From Candidatus Latescibacterota bacterium (lineage in GTDB: Bacteria > Latescibacterota > UBA2968), in the NCBI GenBank assembly GCA_965204745.1, contig OZ242010.1, positions 2,336,001 to 2,400,000 of the forward strand: a stretch of DNA of 64,000 nt. The letters run 5' to 3'. The notes under the pieces were generated by a model. The model did no database searches. It saw nothing but the letters and a program-made list of their open reading frames with translations, and had not been told where the DNA came from. The position numbers and the translations under genes are program-made. Shown in pieces: positions 1-9,000 of the stretch. Position 1 is the stretch's first letter, and each line of letters begins with the position of its first letter.

Positions 1-1
1 C

Positions 2-3000
2 GAGGATGCGAGGGCCGCAGGCGCGGTGCACAATCCGGATTTCGACGGCAATGGCGTCGTGGATTTTGACGACTTTTCGTTGCTGGCGAGGATGTTCGGG
101 ATGCGCCGAGGCGACGCCGGGTATGAAGATCGGTTCGATCTCAACCGCGACGGTGTGATTGGGTTTCGGGATTTTTTGATCTTCATCCAGCATTTTGGGC
201 AAGTCGCGCCCGTGCCGGTGGAGGCGATCCCCGCGCGTCAAGTGCATGTGGGCAGCGATCCCCTGCGCGTGGATGTGGCGGAGTATTTCTACGATGCCAA
301 TGGCGATGCGTTGCGCTATGCGGCCTCGTCCGATGATGAGGCCATCGCGAGCGTGCGCGTGTCAGAGGCCGTGGTGGCAATAGCGCCGGTGGGCGTGGGC
401 AACGCGACGATCACCGTGACCGCGATAGATGGAGCGGCCTTGTGCGCGACGCAGACCATCGCCGTAACCGTGACCCTGTTTGCACGCACGCCCCTCACGC
501 GCGAGTTGGACGAAAACGCGCCGGCCGGTGAACCCGTGGGGGATCCGGTTTCCGTGCCGGGTCTCTCTGGCCTCGCGTACAGCCTGACCGGGGCAGATGC
601 GGATAGTTTTGACATCGACGCACGCACCGGGCAAATTCGCACGCGGAAAGGCATAACGTATGACCACGAGCGCGACGAGACCTTTTCCCTCAACGTGGTC
701 GCAACCACTGGGGACGACGCAGACAGCATCGCCGTGACCATCTCCGTCATGGATGTGAACGAACCGCCCTCATTGCCGCCATCCAATTTTCACGTCATTC
801 CCGGGAATCAGTCTTTGAGTGTCCACTTCCACGCAGCGCGAGACGAACCCGGCAAACCGCCCGTGCTCGGGTATCACGCAGAGATCCGCACGGGCGAGGA
901 AGGCGACTGGGTCAACCGCAAGACCATCTACGGGCGCACCAACAACACGGCGTTCTATGCGGACTTGGGCCAAGTGCCTCGGTATCGAGACCCAAGCCTG
1001 CAAAACGGTCAACGCTACCAAATTCGCATTCGCACCTGGAACGCAGAGGGCGAGAGCGATTGGGCAGAACCCGTGTCCGGCGTGCCGGTCTATATCCCAC
1101 CCCCGCCCATTGCCCACGTCACCGCGCCTGCGCCGTTTGAGCAGGACGACCAGGCGCGAGTCGATCTTTCGGACGTCACCGGCCAAGGCGGCAGAATCAC
1201 CATAGCAAAAAACGCCCTTGCAGACGACGCCATCCAATCGGCCTTCGCGACAATTTTGGCGGTTTCCAATTTCCCGGCGATCCCCTCGCAGACGGGATTT
1301 GCCGTTTCTGAGGGAGGGGCAATTTTCGACATAACCCTGAAGGCGCGCCTCGCAAATGGCGAGGAGGTGGATATTGGCGGCGATTTGCGCGTGCCTGTCG
1401 AGATTTGTCTGCCAGTGCCCGAGGGCATTTCCAATCCGGTGATTATCCACTACGCAAATGCGTGGGAAATGCTCGAAACCCAGCGCGTGGATGGCAATGC
1501 GATCTGCGCCCACGCCGCCACCTTTTCGTATTATGGCGTTGGGGTGGCGTTCAACGATGTGCCTGAATTTGATATTTTTACGCAACCTCTGACCATTCCC
1601 GAAAACACCGCGGCAGGCCAGAATGTTGGAAATCCAGTAACGGCGACCGATAGCGATGGGGGCACGCTGGTCTATAGTCTTGAAGGCGCGGATGCGGCCA
1701 GTTTCGACATAGATGCAGCCACGGGTCAGATCGAGACCAAGGCGGGTGTCACCTACAACTACGAGGCGAAGAACAGCTACGCTGTGAAGGTGAAAGTGAT
1801 CGATGGTCAAGGCGGCAGTGCGACGATTCCCGTGACCATCACCCTGACCGATGTGGATGGCGAGGCACCGGGCAAGGCCGCTGTGCCAAGTGTATCTATG
1901 GCTTCATCGACGAGTCTGACCGCGACTTGGACAACCCCTGCGAACACAGGCCCGCCGATCACCGATTACGATGTGCAGTATCGCGTGGGCAACAGCGGCG
2001 CGTTCACCGATTGGCCTCATAGTGGTACAGGGTTGACCACGACAATTACGGGCTTAACCGCGAATATGAGCTATGAGGTTCAAGTGCGGGCGAAAAATGC
2101 CGAGGGGACAGGTGCATGGTCTAATTCGGGCGGCGGGACGACCTCCAACCTGCCTTCCCTGTCGATCAACTCGCCGAGCGTGACAGAGGGGAACAGCAGT
2201 TCGGTGACATTGCAATTCACAGTGACGCTCAGTCCTGCGAGTGGTCAGCAGGTGACCGTGGCGTATGCGGATACCTTGACGGGCACGGCGACTTCAGGAA
2301 CGGATTACACAGCCCTCACCGCTGGCACATTGACCTTTGCGGCGAGTGAGACGAGCAAGACCTTTGACCTATCCATAACCGGCGATACGATAGATGAGCC
2401 AAACGAGACGGTGATCGTCAAGTTGAGCAGTCCGACCAATGCGACTATCGCAACGCGCATAGGCACCGGAACGATTACCGATGACGATGACACGCCAAAA
2501 GTAACGCTAGTTCTGAATCCTACGGCGATAAATGAGAACAGCGGTGTAACGACCGTGACCGCGACATTGAACCGGGCATCGAGCCAAGCGACCACGATCA
2601 CGGTATCGGCGGCCCCTGGCACGAATGCGGTGGCGGCGGACTTCACGGTGAGCGCGAACAAAAAGTTGACCATAGCGACCGGTCAGACGACGAGTACGGG
2701 AGCCGTGACGATCACGGCCAACGACAACAATCGGGACGATCCGAACAAGGAAGTGACCGTCTCGGCAACCGCAAACAACGGGCAGGGCATCACCGCGCCG
2801 GACAATGTGACGCTGACGATCAATGATGACGATGGCGCCCCTGCTTTGTCGATCAATTCCCCGAGCGTGACAGAGGGTAACAGCGGTTCGGTGACATTGC
2901 AATTCACAGTGACGCTCAGTCCTGCGAGTGGTCAACAAGTCACCGTGGCGTATGCGGATACCTTGACGGGTACAGCGACTTCAGGGACGGATTACACAGC

Positions 3001-6000
3001 CCTCACCGCTGGCACCCTGACCTTTGCGGCGAGTGAGACGAGCAAGACGTTCGACCTATCCGTAACCGGCGATACAATAGATGAGCCAAACGAGACGGTG
3101 ATCGTCAAGTTGAGCAGTCCGACCAATGCGACTATCGCAACGCGCACAGGCACGGGCACGATTACCGATGACGATGACACGCCAAAGGTGACGCTGGTTC
3201 TGAATCCTACTGCGATAGATGAGAACAGCGGTGTAACGACCGTGACCGCGACGCTGAACCGAGCATCGAGCCAAGCGACCACGATTACGGTATCGGCGGC
3301 CCCTGGCACGAATGCGGTGGCGGCGGACTTCACGGTGAGCGCGAACAAAAAGTTGACTATCGCCACCGGTCAGACGACGAGCACGGGAGCCGTGACGATC
3401 ACCGCCAACGACAACAATCGGGACGATCCAAACAAGGAAGTGACTGTCTCTGCGACCGCAACCAACGGGCAGGGCATCACCGCACCGGACAATGTGACGC
3501 TGACGATCAATGATGACGATGGCGCGCCTGCTTTGTCGATCAACTCGCCGAGCGTGACAGAGGGCAACAGCAGTTCGGTGACATTGCAATTCACAGTGAC
3601 GCTCAGTCCTGCGAGTGGTCAGCAAGTCACTGTGGCGTATGCGGATACCTTGACGGGCACAGCGACTTCAGGGACAGATTACACAGCCCTCACCGCTGGC
3701 ACCCTGACCTTTGCGGCGAGTGAGACGAGCAAGACGTTCGACCTATCCGTAACCGGCGATACAATAGATGAGCCAAACGAGACGGTGATCGTCAAGTTGA
3801 GCAGTCCGACCAATGCGACTATCACAACGCGCATAGGCACGGGCACGATTACCGATGACGATGACACGCCAAAGGTAACGCTGGTTCTGAATCCTACGGC
3901 GATCAATGAGAACAGCGGTGTGACTACTGTGGCCGCGACATTAAACCGAGCATCGAGCCAAGCGACGACGATTACGGTATCGGCGGCCCCTGGCACGAAT
4001 GCGGTGGCGGCGGACTTCACGGTGAGCGCGAACAAAAAGTTGACTATCGCCACTGGTCAGACGACGAGTACGGGAGCAGTAACGATCACAGCTAACGACA
4101 ACAATCGGGACGATCCAAACAAGGAAGTGACCGTCTCGGCGACTGCAAACAACGGACAGGGCATCACCGCGCCGGACAATGTGACGCTGACGATCAATGA
4201 TGACGATGGCGCGCCTGCTTTGTCGATCAACTCGCCGAGCGTGACAGAGGGGAACAGCGGGCCGGTGACATTGCAATTCACAGTGATGCTCAGTCCTGCG
4301 AGTGGTCAGCAGGTGACCGTGGCGTATGCGGATACCTTGACGGGCACGGCGACTTCAGGGACGGATTACACAGTGCTCACCGCTGGCACATTGACCTTTG
4401 CGGCGAGTGAGACGAGCAAGACATTTGACCTATCCGTAACCGGCGATACAATAGATGAGCCAAATGAGACGGTGATCGTCAAGTTGAGCAGTCCGACCAA
4501 TGCGACTATTGCAACGCGCATAGGCACGGGCACGATTACCGATGACGATGACACGCCAAAAGTGACGCTGGTTCTGAATCCTACGGCGATCAATGAGAAC
4601 AGCGGTGTGACGACCGTGACCGCGACGCTGAACCGAGCATCGAGCCAAGCGACGACGATTACGGTATCGGCGGCCCCTGGCACGAACGCGGTGGCGGCGG
4701 ACTTCACGGTGAGCGCGAACAAAAAGTTGACCATCGCCACCGGTCAGACGGCGAGCACGGGAGCCGTGACGATCACAGCCAACGACAACAATCGGGACGA
4801 TCCAAACAAGGAAGTGACCGTCTCGGCGACTGCAAACAACGGGCAGGGCATCACCGCGCCGGACAATGTGACGCTGACGATCAATGATGACGATGGCACG
4901 CCTGCTTTGTCGATCAACTCGCCGAGCGTGACAGAGGGGAACAGCGGGCCGGTGACATTGCAATTCACAGTGACGCTCAGTCCTGCGAGTGGTCAACAGG
5001 TGACCGTGGCGTATGCGGATACCTTGACGGGCACGGCGACTTCAGGAACGGATTACACAGCCCTCACCGCTGGCACATTGACCTTTGCGGCGAGTGAGAC
5101 GAGCAAGACCTTTGACCTATCCATAACCGGCGATACCATAGATGAGCCAAACGAGACGGTGATCGTCAAGTTGAGCAGTCCGACCAATGCGACTATCGCA
5201 ACGCGCACAGGCACCGGGACGATTACCGATGACGATGACACGCCAAAGGTGACGCTGGTTCTAAATCCTACGGCGATAAATGAGAACAGCGGTGTGACGA
5301 CCGTGACCGCGACATTGAACCGAGCATCGAGCCAAGCGACGACGATCACGGTATCGACGGCCCCTGGCACGAATGCGGTGGCGTCGGACTTCACGGTGAG
5401 CGCGAACAAAAAGTTGACCATCGCGACCGGTCAGACGACGAGCACGGGGGCCGTGACGATCACAGCCAACGACAACAATCGGGACGATCCAAACAAGGAA
5501 GTGACCGTCTCGGCGACCGCAACCAACGGGCAGGGCATCACCGCGCCGGACAATGTGACGCTGACGATCAATGATGACGATGCCACGCCAAAGGTAACGC
5601 TGGTTCTGAATCCTACGGCGATCAATGAGAACAGCGGTGTAACGACCGTGACCGCGACGCTAAACCGAGCATCGAGTCAAGCGACGACGATTACGGTATC
5701 GGCGGCCCCTGGCACGAATGCGGTGGCGGCGGACTTCACGGTGAGCGCGAACAAAAAGTTGACCATCGCGACTGGTCAGACGACGAGCACGGGAGCAGTA
5801 ACGATCACAGCCAACGACAACAATCGGGACGATCCAAACAAGGAAGTGACCGTCTCGGCGACCGCAAACAACGGACAGGGCATCACCGCGCCGGACAATG
5901 TGACGCTGACGATCAATGATGACGATGGCGCGCCTGCTTTGTCGATCAACTCGCCGAGCGTGACAGAGGGGAACATCGGTTCGGTGACATTGCAATTCAC

Positions 6001-9000
6001 AGTGACGCTCAGTCCTGCAAGTGGTCAACAGGTGACCGTGGCGTATGCGGATACCTTGACGGGCACAGCGACTTCAGGGACGGATTACACAGCACTCACC
6101 GCTGGCACCTTGACCTTTGCGGCGAGTGAGACGAGCAAGACCTTTGACGTATCCATAACCGGCGATACGATAGATGAGCCAAACGAGACGGTGATCGTCA
6201 AGTTGAGCAGTCCGACCAATGCGACTATCACAACGCGCATAGGCACGGGCACGATTACCGATGACGATGACACGCCAAAGGTAACGCTGGTTCTGACTCC
6301 TACGGCGATAAATGAGAACAGCGGTGTAACGACCGTGACCGCAACGCTGAACCGAGCATCGAGCCAAGCGACGACGATTACGGTATCGGCGGCCCCTGGC
6401 ACGAACGCGGTGGCGGCGGACTTCACGGTGAGCGCGAACAAAAAGTTGACCATCGCCACTGGTCAGACGGCGAGCACGGGAGCCGTGACGATCACGGCCA
6501 ACGACAACAATCGGGACGATCCGAACAAGGAAGTGACCGTCTCGGCGACTGCAAACAACGGGCAGGGCATCACCGCGCCGGACAATGTGACGCTGACGAT
6601 CAATGATGACGATGGCGCACCTGCTTTGTCGATCAACTCGCCGAGCGTGACAGAGGGCAACAGCGGGCCGGTGACATTGCAATTCACAGTGACGCTCAGT
6701 CCTGCGAGTGGTCAACAGGTGACCGTGGCGTATGCGGATACCTTGACGGGCACAGCGACTTCAGGGACGGATTACACAGCCCTCACCGCTGGCACCCTGA
6801 CCTTTGCGGTGAGTGAGACGAGCAAGACGTTCGACGTATCCATAACCGGCGATACAATAGATGAGCCAAACGAGACGGTGATCGTCAAGTTGAGCAGTCC
6901 GACCAATGCGACTATCGCAACGCGCATAGGCACGGGCACGATTACCGATGACGATGACGCGCCAAAGGTAACGCTGGTTCTGAATCCTACGGCGATCAAT
7001 GAGAACAGCGGTATAACGACCGTGACCGCGACGCTGAACCGGGCATCGAGCCAAGCGACCACGATTACGGTATCGGCGGCCCCTGGCACGAATGCGGTGG
7101 CGACGGACTTCACGGTGAGCGCGAACAAAAAGTTGACCATCGCCACCGGTCAAACGACGAGCACGGGGGCCGTGACGATTACAGCCAACGACAACAATCG
7201 GGACGATCCGAACAAGGAAGTGACCGTCTCGGCGACCGCAAACAACGGACAGGGCATCACCGCACCGGACAATGTGACGCTGACGATCAATGATGACGAT
7301 GGCGCGCCTGCTTTGTCGATCAACTCGCCGAGCGTGACAGAGGGGAACAGCGGGCCGGTGACATTGCAATTCACAGTGACGCTCAGTCCTGCGAGTGGTC
7401 AACAGGTGACCGTGGCGTATGCGGATACCTTGACGGGCACGGCGACTTCAGGAACGGATTACACAGCCCTCACCGCTGGCACATTGACCTTTGCGGCGAG
7501 TGAGACGAGCAAGACCTTTGACCTATCCATAACCGGCGATACGATAGATGAGCCAAACGAGACGGTGATCGTCAAGTTGAGCAGTCCGACCAATGCGACT
7601 ATCGCAACGCGCACAGGCACCGGGACGATTACCGATGACGATGACACGCCAAAGGTAACGCTGGTTCTGACTCCTACGGCGATAAATGAGAACAGCGGTG
7701 TAACGACCGTGACCGCAACGCTGAACCGAGCATCGAGCCAAGCGACAACGATCACGGTATCGGCGGCCCCTGGCACGAATGCGGTGGCGTCGGACTTCAC
7801 GGTGAGCGCGAACAAAAAGTTGACCATCGCCACTGGTCAGACGGCGAGCACGGGAGCCGTGACGATTGCGGCGGTGGACAACTATGTAAACGCGCCGAAC
7901 AAGTCGGTGACTGTCTCGGCAACCGCAACCAACGGGCACGGCATCACCGCGCCGGATAATGTGACGCTGACGATCCGCAATGACGATGTGATGACCGCGG
8001 GAATATGTAACCGCACCCAGGCGGTTCAAAGCGCGATCCTCGCCAGCCTGGTCAACCGCACGCTTTGTAATGAGGTCACAACTTCGGACCTGTCCGGGAT
8101 CACGGGATCCTTGGACTTCCGTAATCAATCCATCACCACCTTGAAGGCAAATGACTTCTCGGGATTGTCCAGCCTGGTAACCCTGCGGATTGACAGAAAC
8201 AGTTTGACCACCCTGCCCGCGACCCTATTTTCTGGCTTGACCAGCCTGCGAACCCTGCGCCTCAATCACAATCAGTTGAGCACGCTTCCCAGCACGATAT
8301 TCTCCAACTTGTCCACTGTGAATAGGCTGACGCTGAACAACAACAGTTTGACCACCCTGCCCGCGACCCTATTTTCTGGCTTGACCGGCTTGACCCGGTT
8401 GGAGTTGCGGAATAACACCGGCGCGCCCTTCACCTTCACGCTGGCACTAGAACGCACAGACAATACGGACTTGACTGCCGCCGGACCTGCGACGATTGTG
8501 GTCAAAGTTGCCGAGGGCGCGCCGTTTGATATGAGCGTCACCCTGTCGGTAACAAGTGGCATGCTGTCGAGTACGACGGCGACCATTTCCAAAGGCAATC
8601 TCCAAAGCGGATCGATCACGCTGACGCAAAGTGGGGGAAATTCAGCCAGAATTTCGATGGCTTCCGCACCCGCAGTGCCGATGGACTACGATGGCATCGC
8701 AACCGCCGTGGGCAACCCGCTCGTGCTGTGGGCCGCGGGAATATGCGGGCGCACGACAGTTGTGAGCGATGCCATCGTAGCTGCGGTGGATGGCATAACA
8801 GATTGCGCCTCGATCACAGACTCGCATGTGCAAGCCGTGACGGGGACGATGGATCTCGGCAATCAGCGCATCAACGCCTTGCGGGCGGGCGATTTTTCGG
8901 GGTTGTCCAGTTTGGAAACCCTGTGGCTTTACGACAATGCGTTGAGCACCCTGCCCGATGCCGTGTTTGCGAGTTTGTCCAATTTGAGATTTTTGAGTCT

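Noticed and set aside
2305-8128. Periodic short minus-strand ORFs
   Set aside because: By-products of the 687-bp coding repeat on the plus strand
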